From an uncultured Clostridium sp. (GTDB taxonomy: Bacteria > Bacillota > Clostridia > Christensenellales > CAG-138), in NCBI GenBank assembly GCA_964414925.1, contig CAYPXV010000004.1, positions 1-34,559 on the forward strand: DNA of 34,559 bases, written 5' to 3'. The translations under genes were made by a program, and so were the position numbers. Positions 1 through 9,055 of this stretch are shown here, piece by piece (positions within the stretch are counted from its first letter, which is position 1; each line of letters begins with the position of its first letter). The notes beneath the pieces are model-generated. The model was given only the letters and a program-made list of their open reading frames with translations. It made no database searches and was not told the origin of the DNA.

Positions 1-1650
1 GGTAAGCTCTATATGCTTCAGACAAGAAGCGGCAAGCGTACCGCCGCCGCTGCACTGCAAATCGCAGTTGACCTTGTAAACGAAGGCGCACGCACAAAGG
101 CCGAAGCTATCGAAATGATAGACCCGAAGTCCCTTGACGCACTGCTCCATCCCACTTTTGACGTAAGCGCACTCAAAGCTGCAATCGAAAAGGCCTCGGG
201 TCTTGCCGCAAGCCCCGGTGCTGCATGCGGTAAAGTTTATTTCTCCGCAGATGAAGCTAAGCAGGCTCATGAACTCGGCGAAAAGGTTATCCTTGCCCGT
301 AAAGAGACCAGTCCCGAAGATATCGAGGGTATGAATGCATCCGAGGGTATTCTCACCGCATTCGGCGGTATGACCAGCCATGCTGCCGTTGTTGCTCGTC
401 AGCTCGGTACTTGCTGCGTATGCGGCTGCAAGACCATCACTATTGACGAAGCTACAAAGACAATCACCTTCCCCGACGGTACGGTAACTCACGAGGGTGA
501 CTGGATTAGCCTTGACGGTTCAACCGGTAAAGTTTACACCGAAGCCATTAAGACCGTTCCCGCAGAGCTTTCCGGCAACTTCGCAACCATCATGGAGTGG
601 GCAGATTCGTTCCGCACACTCAAGGTTCGCACCAATGCCGACTCCCCCGCACAGGCTGCCGCAGCCATCAGGTTCGGCGCAGAGGGTATCGGACTTTGCC
701 GTACAGAGCATATGTTCTTTGACCCCGCAAGACTGCCCTCAATGCGTGAGATGATAGTTTCCAAGAACGTTGATGAGCGTAAGGCAGCACTTGCAAAGAT
801 CCTGCCCATGCAGCGTGAAGATTTCAAGGGCATCTACAAGACAATGGCAGGTCGTCCCGTAACAATCCGCTTCTTAGATCCGCCCCTTCACGAGTTCCTC
901 CCCTCAAAGGAAGAAGAAATCATCGATTTGGCAAACACTATGGGTCTTACATTCAGCGAGCTTAAAAATACCATTGACGGCTTGCATGAAGCTAACCCCA
1001 TGATGGGTCATCGCGGTTGCCGTCTTTCCATCACCTACCCCGAGATCGTTGAAATGCAGACTCGTGCCGTTATGGAAGCTGCAATCGAAGTTCGTATGGA
1101 GGACAAGATCGAAGTCGTTCCCGAAATCATGATTCCTCTTGTAGGCGATGTTAAAGAGCTTGAATATGTCAAGAGCTTCGTCGATGCTACCGCAAAGCTC
1201 GTCATGGCGGAAAAGGGCATGACAATTCCCTACATGGTCGGTACAATGATCGAAATCCCCCGTGCAGCTCTGACTGCCGATGAAGTTGCTACCCAGGCTG
1301 AATGCTTCAGCTTCGGCACTAACGACCTTACCCAGAGGACTTTCTGCTTCAGCCGTGACGATGCAAGCAAGTTCCTCCCCGATTATTATAAGAAGAAGAT
1401 CTTCGAGGTTGACCCGTTTGCTCGTGTTGACCAGAACGGCGTAGGCAAGCTCATGAAGATTGCAGCCGATTTGGGCAAGCAGACTCGTCCCAACATCAAG
1501 CTCGGTATCTGCGGCGAACATGGCGGCGATCCTTCCAGCATCGAATTCTGCCACAGAATCGGACTGAACTATGTTTCCTGCTCCGCTTTCCGTGTTCCCA
1601 TCGCAAGACTTGCGGCAGCACAGGCAGCTATTAAATATAACAAAAACTAA
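1..1650 (+). CDS. ppdK: Pyruvate, phosphate dikinase (5'-truncated by window edge)
   Basis: Frame open from base 1 (GKLYMLQTR); phospho-His motif [42 protein letters not shown]. Confidence 0.97.
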   Translation, partial: [549 protein letters not shown]

Positions 1651-1724
1651 GCAAATGCTCGGTAATATCGATTCTTTCGGACTTTTAAGTGCCGATTGAG
1701 GTTTTACCGTATAATCGCCGGTTT

Positions 1725-1764
1725 AAAGGTGTATCATCCATAAAAGATGGTACGCCTTTTTTTT
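1725..1764 (+). terminator. Intrinsic terminator after ppdK
   Basis: AAAGGTGTATCATC/GATGGTACGCCTTT stem (with G-U pairs) running into a T8 tract. Confidence 0.85.
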
Positions 1765-1806
1765 CCGAAGTTTCACCGTTATTCGATAACCTATGAGGGC
1801 ATAATG

Positions 1807-1910
1807 AAAACTTACGGGTTTTGTCCCCTAAGTTTTAAGTGAGAGCTTGATTTTTGAGAAGAAAGTGGTATAATACAGTTGAAAGTTGAGGAACAATACC
1901 CCTAAATTCC
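1807..1910. repeat. Two related 30-bp pseudo-palindromes (1807-1836, 1881-1910), candidate operators
   Basis: AAAACTTAcGGG-N6-CCCcTAAGTTTT and GAAAGTTGAGGA-N6-CCCCTAAATTCC flank the promoter. Confidence 0.5.
1847..1874 (+). promoter_or_regulatory. Sigma-A-type promoter of the AAA+ ATPase gene
   Basis: TTGATT-16 bp-TATAAT with extended -10 (TGgTATAAT). Confidence 0.7.
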
Positions 1911-1929
1911 AATCGTATGGAGGGCTACC

Positions 1930-3219
1930 ATGAGACAGGTTATTAAACGAGACAATTATCTGAATAGGCTAATTGACAAAAAAGAAAACGGTTTGATTAA
2001 GGTAATTACAGGTGTCAGACGGTGCGGTAAAAGCTATCTGTTGTTCAATCTGTTCTATGATTATTTGATCGAAAGCGGAGTGAAAGAAGAACAGATTATT
2101 ACCGTTGCACTTGATGATGACACTAACATTCAGTACCGCGATCCGGATGAATTATCAAAGTACGTTCGTTCGAGAGTAGTAAGCAAGGATATGCACTATG
2201 TCCTGATTGATGAGGTGCAGTATGCAATTTCAAGGCAAGAGCTGAAAAATCCGGATGAAATTAAGCTTTATAATGTGTTAAACGGTCTTTTGCGACTTCG
2301 TAATGTAGACATTTATGTTACCGGAAGCAACTCAAAAATGCTTACGAAAGATGTTCTGACAGCATTTCGAGGCAGAGGTGATGAAGTTCGGGTTTATCCG
2401 ATTTCTTTCAAGGAGTATTATGCTTTTGTCGGCGGCGATAAATCGGATGCTTATGAAGAATATGCCTTATATGGCGGAATGCCGCTTGTTCTTTCCAAAA
2501 AGACAGATGCGGAAAAAATGATTTATCTTCGAAATTTGTTTACTGAGGTGTATTTCAAGGACATTGTTGAACGATACGAAATAGAGCTTCCCGATGTACT
2601 TGAAGAACTGACGGATGATTTATGTTCATCAATCGGCTCACTTACCAATGCAAGTAAAATTACGAACACCTTACAGTCCGTAAAAAACATAAAGGTTTCC
2701 GGAGCTACTATTTCAAAATATTTAAACTATCTGATTGAATCTTTTTTATTCGGCAGTGCAAAGAGATATGACGTAAAGGGGAAGAAATACTTTGAGTACC
2801 CCTCAAAATATTACTGCACCGATATTGGACTGCGCAATGCAAGGTTGAACTTCAGACAGCAGGAAGAAACTCACATAATGGAGAATATTATCTACAACGA
2901 GCTTCTTTGCCGTGGATATTCCGTTGATGTAGGGATTGTGGAAATAGTAGAACGAGACGCAGAAAAGAGAACAAAAAAACAGTGTGAGATTGATTTTATA
3001 GTGAATGTAGGGACAAAAAAATATTACATTCAATCTGCACTCAACGTGAATGACCCTTCTAAAATGGAAACCGAGCTTAGACCGCTAAAGAACACCAAAG
3101 ATTTTTTTAAGAAAATTATTGTCAGTAAAACCTCAATGAAATCTTGGACCGATGAGGACGGAATTCTTCATTTAGGCTTGTATGAATTCCTCTTAAACGA
3201 GAATTCATTGGAGCTTTAA
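1930..3219 (+). CDS. AAA+ ATPase (AAA_14-like) with C-terminal DUF4143 nuclease-like domain
   Basis: Walker A GVRRCGKS, Walker B VLIDEVQ, VTGSNS, YGGMP, KYYCTDIGLRN, C-terminal EIDFIV..YYIQS; RBS GGAGG. Confidence 0.85.
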   Translation: MRQVIKRDNYLNRLIDKKENGLIKVITGVRRCGKSYLLFNLFYDYLIESGVKEEQIITVALDDDTNIQYRDPDELSKYVRSRVVSKDMHYVLIDEVQYAISRQELKNPDEIKLYNVLNGLLRLRNVDIYVTGSNSKMLTKDVLTAFRGRGDEVRVYPISFKEYYAFVGGDKSDAYEEYALYGGMPLVLSKKTDAEKMIYLRNLFTEVYFKDIVERYEIELPDVLEELTDDLCSSIGSLTNASKITNTLQSVKNIKVSGATISKYLNYLIESFLFGSAKRYDVKGKKYFEYPSKYYCTDIGLRNARLNFRQQEETHIMENIIYNELLCRGYSVDVGIVEIVERDAEKRTKKQCEIDFIVNVGTKKYYIQSALNVNDPSKMETELRPLKNTKDFFKKIIVSKTSMKSWTDEDGILHLGLYEFLLNENSLEL

Positions 3220-3234
3220 TAAATTATCACCGCT

Positions 3235-3282
3235 AAAGGGGCTTCTCAAAAGCGATTTCATCGCATTGGCAGAAGCCCCTTT
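3235..3282. terminator. Probable bidirectional terminator between convergent ATPase gene and purB
   Basis: 12-bp inverted repeat AAAGGGGCTTCT/AGAAGCCCCTTT enclosing a GCGAT/ATCGC inner stem. Confidence 0.7.
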
Positions 3283-3302
3283 GATCACAGAAAAATGAAA
3301 TT

Positions 3303-4715
3303 TTAAACGTTAAGTTCGACGGAATCGGTATTGGCACCGCTAAGTTCGAGTGACGAGACAAATTCCTCAACCTGATGAGCCGAGCGACCTACAAAGTCGG
3401 ATGGATTCAGAACGGACATTATTTCCTCACGATCGAGCGGAAATTCGGGATCGTCGGCAAGCAAATCGAGCAGGTTACAATCAAGCCCCTGTTTCATTCT
3501 TGCGGTTGCCGCCATGGAATTGGTTCTGATTATCTCGTGCAGTTTCTGGCGGTCGCCGCCCTTCTTTACGGCACTCATCAAAAGGTTTTCGGTTGCTATA
3601 AACGGCAGATATTCAAGCACATTGCGCTCTATTATCTTTTCGTTTACGCAAAGACCGTCCGTGACATTCCTCATTATCCTAAGTATTGCATCACATGCCA
3701 AGAAACCTTCGGGAAGTGAAATACGCCTGTTGGCGGAATCGTCCAGTGTACGTTCAAACCATTGGGTGGATGCTGTCATGGGTGCATTCAGTGCATCCGC
3801 CATGATGTAGCGTGCAAGCGAACAGATGCGTTCACAGCGCATGGGGTTGCGTTTATATGCCATTGCGGATGAGCCCACCTGATTTTTCTCAAAAGGTTCT
3901 TCAACCTGACGCAAATGCTGAAGAAGTCGCATATCGTTTGCGAACCTGTAGCAGCTTTGAGCGATTGAACTCAGTACGTTCAGTATTCTGCTGTCGTACT
4001 TTCTGGGATAGGTTTGCCCCGCAACGGGGAACATGGAATCAAAACCGCATTCCTGTGCTATGTAAAAACTCAATTTCTTTACCTTTTCCTCATCACCGTC
4101 AAAGAGTGAAAGGAAACTTGCATCCGTTCCCGTCGTTCCTCGACAGCCGTGGAATTTCAAATTTGAAATGACAAAATCGAGTTCTTCAAGGTCAAGCGTT
4201 AAATCCTGTATCCACAAGCAGGCACGTTTTCCCACCGTTACCAACTGTGCTGGTTGAAAATGCGTATATCCCAGTGTCGGCATTGAGCGATACTTCATCG
4301 CAAATTTGCTCAACGATTTTATTACCGCCACCAGTTCGCCTCGGATGTAGTTAAGCGCATCCTTATAAATAATCAGGTCGGCATTGTCCGTTACATAACA
4401 GCTTGTAGCTCCCAGATGGATTATACCTCCGGCTTCGGGACAACTTTGAGCATATACATGAATATGAGCCATTACGTCGTGACGCAAAAGCTTTTCCTTT
4501 TCGGCAACGGCATCATAATCGATATCATCAAGCATATGTGCTTCAAGTTCGTTCACCTGTTGCTCTGTTATCGGTAAACCCAATTTGGATTCCGCACGTG
4601 CAAGTGCTACCCACAAGCGACGCCATGTATGATAACGTGTATCGGGTGAGAACAGCTTCAACATGTACGATGAAGCGTATCTTGATGAAAGAGGTGATTC
4701 GTATACGGATTTCAT
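3303..4715 (-). CDS. purB: Adenylosuccinate lyase
   Basis: RHDVMAH, IHLGATS, YTHFQPAQ, signature GSSAMAYKRNP; directly downstream of purA. Confidence 0.96.
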   Translation of the reverse strand: MKSVYESPLSSRYASSYMLKLFSPDTRYHTWRRLWVALARAESKLGLPITEQQVNELEAHMLDDIDYDAVAEKEKLLRHDVMAHIHVYAQSCPEAGGIIHLGATSCYVTDNADLIIYKDALNYIRGELVAVIKSLSKFAMKYRSMPTLGYTHFQPAQLVTVGKRACLWIQDLTLDLEELDFVISNLKFHGCRGTTGTDASFLSLFDGDEEKVKKLSFYIAQECGFDSMFPVAGQTYPRKYDSRILNVLSSIAQSCYRFANDMRLLQHLRQVEEPFEKNQVGSSAMAYKRNPMRCERICSLARYIMADALNAPMTASTQWFERTLDDSANRRISLPEGFLACDAILRIMRNVTDGLCVNEKIIERNVLEYLPFIATENLLMSAVKKGGDRQKLHEIIRTNSMAATARMKQGLDCNLLDLLADDPEFPLDREEIMSVLNPSDFVGRSAHQVEEFVSSLELSGANTDSVELNV

Positions 4716-4719
4716 TTTA

Positions 4720-5997
4720 TTATCCTCTGTAAATTATTTCGTCTCTGCCCGGACCTACCGAAACATAGGGAATGGGGCAATTAAGTTCTTTTTCAAGATA
4801 TTCGATGTAATCTCGGCACTGCTCGGGAAGATCCTCGTAGCGGCGAATCTTGCTTATATCGCACTGCCAGCCGGGCATATAGGTGGTTACGGAGGCGGCT
4901 CTGTCAAGCTTTGAGGGGAACGGAAAATCGGTCGTGATTTTACCGTCCACGGCATATGCGCAGCAAATAGGTATTTGCTTCATGTATGATAAAACATCAA
5001 GCTTTGTAAGTGCAATTTCCGTTGCTCCCTGCATACGAACGCCGTATTTTGTCGCAACGATATCAATCGGACCCACACGACGGGGTCTGCCCGTTGCCGC
5101 ACCGTATTCCGCGCCCGCAGCACGCAGCTGCTCCGCTTCCTCACCGAACCATTCGGCAGGGAACGGACCTTCGCCGACGCAGGTGGAATAAGCTTTAACA
5201 ACGCCTACAACCCTGTTTACGATAATGCCGGGGGTACCCGAACCTATGGGCGCATAGGCGGCAAGGGGTGATGATGAAGATGTGTACGGATAGATACCGA
5301 AATCAATATCCCTCAATGCACCCAGCTGTGCCTCGTAAAGTATCTTTTTACCCGAACGTGCGCCGGCTTCGATGTATCTGCCGGCTTCTCCGATATAAGG
5401 CTTGAGTATCTCTCCGTATACGTCAAGATATTCAACCATGTCTTCATAGCTAAACGGTTCGCCGCCGTAAATGCCGGTTATCTCCAGATTCTTAAATTCA
5501 AGTACATCCTTCAAATGCTCAAGCAGATAATCCCTGTCAAGCAATTCGCCCATCATTATGCCCTTTTTCCTGTATTTATCGCCGTAAACGGGGGCAATTC
5601 CTCTCTTTGTAGAGCCATAGGGCTTATCGGACAATCTCGATTCTTCAAGTCCGTCAAGAGCCACATGATAGGGCATGACTATAATGGCACGATTGGAAAT
5701 CATTAAGTTTTCCGGCGAAATCTCTATCCCTGCTTGACGCAATGTCTCTATCTCATTGCAGAGATGACGAATGTCGATAACCGTGCCGTTGCCGAGTATG
5801 TTCATCTTTTCCGGACGGAAAATTCCCGACGGAAGAAGATTCAATGCGAATTTGCCGTATTCATTTACTATCGTATGTCCGGCATTGTTTCCGCCCTGGT
5901 ACCTGACGATGATATCGTAATCCTCCGCCAGTAAATCAACCATTCGACCTTTTCCTTCGTCGCCCCAGTTTATTCCTACTATCGCACAAGTTTCCAT
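4720..5997 (-). CDS. purA: Adenylosuccinate synthetase
   Basis: WGDEGKG, GGNNAGHT, GSTKRGIAP, GAATGRPRRVG, TKLDVL, VSVGP. Confidence 0.97.
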   Translation of the reverse strand: METCAIVGINWGDEGKGRMVDLLAEDYDIIVRYQGGNNAGHTIVNEYGKFALNLLPSGIFRPEKMNILGNGTVIDIRHLCNEIETLRQAGIEISPENLMISNRAIIVMPYHVALDGLEESRLSDKPYGSTKRGIAPVYGDKYRKKGIMMGELLDRDYLLEHLKDVLEFKNLEITGIYGGEPFSYEDMVEYLDVYGEILKPYIGEAGRYIEAGARSGKKILYEAQLGALRDIDFGIYPYTSSSSPLAAYAPIGSGTPGIIVNRVVGVVKAYSTCVGEGPFPAEWFGEEAEQLRAAGAEYGAATGRPRRVGPIDIVATKYGVRMQGATEIALTKLDVLSYMKQIPICCAYAVDGKITTDFPFPSKLDRAASVTTYMPGWQCDISKIRRYEDLPEQCRDYIEYLEKELNCPIPYVSVGPGRDEIIYRG

Positions 5998-6110
5998 ATT
6001 ATCCCCCTCTTTATAAAAGGTAATCCGCTTTCTTGCGGCTTTATCGGTTTATTTGTCGAATATGCTTCGGCGGTCAGGTCTCTCCATTTCCGCTCTCGGC
6101 ACATTACCAT
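5998..6110 (-). promoter_or_regulatory. Structured 5' leader of purA-purB (candidate cis-regulatory RNA)
   Basis: Competing helices GGUAAU/AUUACC, AAUGUGC/GCAUAUU, GCGG/CCGC and anti-SD CCUUUU/AAGAGG. Confidence 0.45.
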
Positions 6111-6116
6111 TCTTAT

Positions 6117-6145
6117 AATTTAGCATAAATTCACTCATCTTTCAA
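6117..6145 (-). promoter_or_regulatory. Sigma-A-type promoter of purA-purB
   Basis: Minus strand TTGAAA-17 bp-TAAATT with extended -10 TGc. Confidence 0.65.
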
Positions 6146-6192
6146 TAGCTTTTTATAACCTTTTATGACTTTTACCCGACCGCATCGTCGTA

Positions 6193-6221
6193 TAGACTAT
6201 GTTGAAATAAAAATGTATAGT
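6193..6221 (+). promoter_or_regulatory. Possible distal promoter of the pur operon
   Basis: TAGACT-17 bp-TATAGT. Confidence 0.4.
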
Positions 6222-6239
6222 ATAAACTCCGCAGACTAC

Positions 6240-6269
6240 TTGAAATTCCACCCTTAAATCTGTTAAGAT
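6240..6269 (+). promoter_or_regulatory. Probable proximal promoter of the pur operon
   Basis: TTGAAA-18 bp-TAAGAT with extended -10 TGt. Confidence 0.55.
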
Positions 6270-6338
6270 ATGCTCAGGGAAGATTGTTCCCGAATTGCCC
6301 GTTGAAAATGGGATTAAATAAGCAGGGAGGAACAGTTG

Positions 6339-6833
6339 ATGAAGAAGAAAGTTGCCATCATCATGGGAAGCGACAGCGATTTGGAAACCGTTAAAACCGC
6401 TGCCAAAAAGCTTGCGGAATTTGGTATACTTTATGAAATGAGAGTAATAAGTGCCCACAGAACTCCCGACGTTGCGATAGAATTTGCCAAAAATGCTCGC
6501 AGCGAAGGATTCGGCGTTATTATTGCCGCAGCGGGTAAGGCTGCTCACCTTGCCGGCTTTCTTGCCGCAAACACGACTCTGCCCGTTATCGGCTTACCGT
6601 TGAAATCGGACGCACTTGACGGAATGGATGCACTGCTTGCTACCGTTCAAATGCCGTCGGGTATCCCCGTAGCCACCGTCGCCATAAACGGTGCCGCAAA
6701 TGCCGCACTACTTGCAGTCGAAATGCTTGCAGTATATGATGTTGAGATTCAGGCTCAGCTCGATAAGATGCGCCTTGACATGGCTCAGACCGTCAAGCAA
6801 AAGGATGAGCGCATAAAAAACTTAATATTATAA
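6339..6833 (+). CDS. purE: AIR carboxylase / N5-CAIR mutase
   Basis: IMGSDSD, SAHRTP, AGKAAHLAG, VQMPSGIPVAT; ATG 8 nt after GGAGG (TTG at 6336 is the alternative start). Confidence 0.96.
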   Translation: MKKKVAIIMGSDSDLETVKTAAKKLAEFGILYEMRVISAHRTPDVAIEFAKNARSEGFGVIIAAAGKAAHLAGFLAANTTLPVIGLPLKSDALDGMDALLATVQMPSGIPVATVAINGAANAALLAVEMLAVYDVEIQAQLDKMRLDMAQTVKQKDERIKNLIL

Positions 6834-6839
6834 ACAACG

Positions 6840-6868
6840 CAATAGTCGCATATTTTTTGCGACTATTG
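6840..6868 (+). other. Perfect 11-bp stem-loop between purE and purC
   Basis: CAATAGTCGCA-7 nt-TGCGACTATTG. Confidence 0.7.
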
Positions 6869-6900
6869 ATATTTTAAAAATGAGATAAAAGGAGAAAATC

Positions 6901-7611
6901 ATGAAAAAGACAACCCGGTTATACGAAGGAAAAGCAAAGAAAGTATACGCAACCGATACACCCGATGTTTACATCGTGGATTATAAAGATGATGCAACGG
7001 CATTCAACGGAGAGAAGAAAGGAACGATTGTCGGCAAGGGCGTTATCAATAATACCGTTACCAACCGTCTCATGAAAATGCTCGAACAAAACGGCATCCC
7101 CACCCATTTCATCGAACAGCTTTCGGATAGGGAGACCGCAGTTCATGCCGTTAAGATAGTACCTCTTGAGGTAATCGTCAGAAACATCGCCGCCGGCTCT
7201 CTTTCAAAACGTTTGGGCTTGCCCGAAGGAACACAGCTCAAGAAAACCGTTCTGGAGTTTTCATATAAGGACGATGCACTGGGAGATCCGATGATAAACG
7301 ATTATCATGTATTTGCAATGGAGCTTTGCACTGCCGAGGAATTGGAACTTATTAAAAATTATGCTTTGAGAATCAACGAAATTCTCGTTCCGTTCTTCAA
7401 AAAGCTCAACATAGACCTGGTCGATTTCAAACTTGAATTCGGCAAGCTTTCGAACGGAAAGATCGTTCTTGCCGATGAAATCTCTCCCGACACCTGCCGT
7501 TTCTGGGACAGCACAACCCATGAAAAACTCGATAAGGACAGGTTCCGCCGTGACCTTGGCAATGTCGAGGACGCATACCAGGAAATTTTAAGACGATTGA
7601 TGGAAGACTGA
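6901..7611 (+). CDS. purC: SAICAR synthetase
   Basis: [50 protein letters not shown]. Confidence 0.97.
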   Translation: MKKTTRLYEGKAKKVYATDTPDVYIVDYKDDATAFNGEKKGTIVGKGVINNTVTNRLMKMLEQNGIPTHFIEQLSDRETAVHAVKIVPLEVIVRNIAAGSLSKRLGLPEGTQLKKTVLEFSYKDDALGDPMINDYHVFAMELCTAEELELIKNYALRINEILVPFFKKLNIDLVDFKLEFGKLSNGKIVLADEISPDTCRFWDSTTHEKLDKDRFRRDLGNVEDAYQEILRRLMED

Positions 7612-9053
7612 TGGACGATATAATTACCTCTATTCACGAAGAATGCGGCGTTGCGGGCATTTCCGTTCCGAAAGCCTGCGACGTTGCCGCATATATATAT
7701 TACGCTTTGTTCGCACTGCAACACAGGGGTCAACAGAGTGCCGGAATTGCGGTAAACGACGACGGCGTTATTACCTCACACTGCGATGAAGGACTTGTAA
7801 ACGACGTATTTGATGAGTCCACACTGGCAAGCCTCGGTAACGGACGCATGGCGGTAGGGCACGTCAGATATGCCACCACAGGTGACGACAGAAGAACCAA
7901 CAGTCAACCTCTTGTGGTCAATCATGTAAAGGGCAGTCTCGTTTTGGCACATAACGGTAACTTAACCAACGATGCGGAACTCAGAGAGGAACTCGAACTT
8001 CAGGGCTCTATCTTCCATACGACCACCGATTCCGAAGTTATCGCCTACATGATAACAAAGGAGAGACTCACCGCTCCCTCCATAGAGGACGCCGTATCCA
8101 ATGCCATGTTAAGGCTCAAGGGTGCATATTCACTTGTAATAATGTCACCGAGTAAACTCATAGCAGCAAGAGACCCCCACGGTTTCCGTCCCCTTTGCAT
8201 GGGTGAATTTGCCGACGGCGGATATGCCTTTGCTTCCGAAACATGCGCACTTGACGCAATGGGCGCAAAATATGTCAGGGATATTGAACCGGGCGAAATC
8301 GTTGTTGTAAAGGGTAATGAAGTAACCTCAATTCGCAGGCATTGTAATAAGGAAAAACATGCACTGTGCGTATTTGAATATATCTATTTTGCAAGACCCG
8401 ACAGCTATATCGAAGGCTGTTCCGTACATGCGGCAAGAAAACGTGCCGGAGCTTTCCTGGCTCTTGAATATCCCGTTCAAGCCGATGTTGTAATAGGCGT
8501 TCCCGATTCGGGAATAGATGCAGCACTCGGTTTTTCGGGTCAGTCGGGTATTCCCTACGGTGTAGGTTTTATAAAGAACAAATACATCGGCAGGACATTC
8601 ATTTCGCCCAATCAGAGCGCAAGGGAAAAGGGCGTCAGAATAAAACTCAATCCCGTTATTGAAACCGTAAAGGGCAAAAGAGTTGTTCTTATCGATGATT
8701 CCATAGTCAGAGGAACTACCATTGCCAGGATAGTAAAGCTACTTAGAACCGCAGGCGCAACCGAGGTTCATGTACGCTCTGCCGCCCCCAAGTTCCTGTT
8801 CCCGTGTTATTTCGGTACGGATGTGCCGTCGTGTGAGGAACTTATCGCAAACCAATATGATGATGAAGGTCTGCTCAAAAAGCTTAATGTCGATTCAATC
8901 GGATTTTTGAGCATTGAAAACGCAAAGCTTCTTGCCGGCAACGGCTGTCACGATTATTGTGTCGGTTGCTTCAGCGGAGAATACCCCTGCGAACCGCCCA
9001 AACGCAAATGGGTAAACAGATATTCCAAAAAAATCGGTGTTAAGGAGGAATAA
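7611..9053 (+). CDS. purF: Amidophosphoribosyltransferase (propeptide, Fe-S type)
   Basis: 11-aa propeptide then EE|CGV, ALQHRGQ, GHVRY, HNGN, PRPP motif [12 protein letters not shown], Cys ligands CVFE/PCYFG/CVGC. Confidence 0.97.
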   Translation: MDDIITSIHEECGVAGISVPKACDVAAYIYYALFALQHRGQQSAGIAVNDDGVITSHCDEGLVNDVFDESTLASLGNGRMAVGHVRYATTGDDRRTNSQPLVVNHVKGSLVLAHNGNLTNDAELREELELQGSIFHTTTDSEVIAYMITKERLTAPSIEDAVSNAMLRLKGAYSLVIMSPSKLIAARDPHGFRPLCMGEFADGGYAFASETCALDAMGAKYVRDIEPGEIVVVKGNEVTSIRRHCNKEKHALCVFEYIYFARPDSYIEGCSVHAARKRAGAFLALEYPVQADVVIGVPDSGIDAALGFSGQSGIPYGVGFIKNKYIGRTFISPNQSAREKGVRIKLNPVIETVKGKRVVLIDDSIVRGTTIARIVKLLRTAGATEVHVRSAAPKFLFPCYFGTDVPSCEELIANQYDDEGLLKKLNVDSIGFLSIENAKLLAGNGCHDYCVGCFSGEYPCEPPKRKWVNRYSKKIGVKEE

Positions 9054-9055
9054 AA

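Noticed and set aside
904-1554. 216-aa antisense ORF
   Set aside because: Shadow of codon-biased ppdK; no recognisable motifs
6060-6090. GGAGAGAC..CGCCGAAG resembling a glycine riboswitch (minus strand)
   Set aside because: The CUCUCAGG element and following stem are missing
5979-6110. 43-codon minus-strand uORF (MVMCRERKW...) overlapping the purA start
   Set aside because: No RBS and no telling codon content; the structured-RNA reading fits better, though a leaderless uORF is not excluded
6188-6240. TCGTATA...GACTAC resembling purine riboswitch ends
   Set aside because: No ATATGG, TTTCTAC or CCGTAAA core; spacing too short; overlaps promoter elements
6050-6300. CGAA-containing PurR box-like words
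   Set aside because: Only partial matches to AWWWCCGAACWWT and not paired as expected
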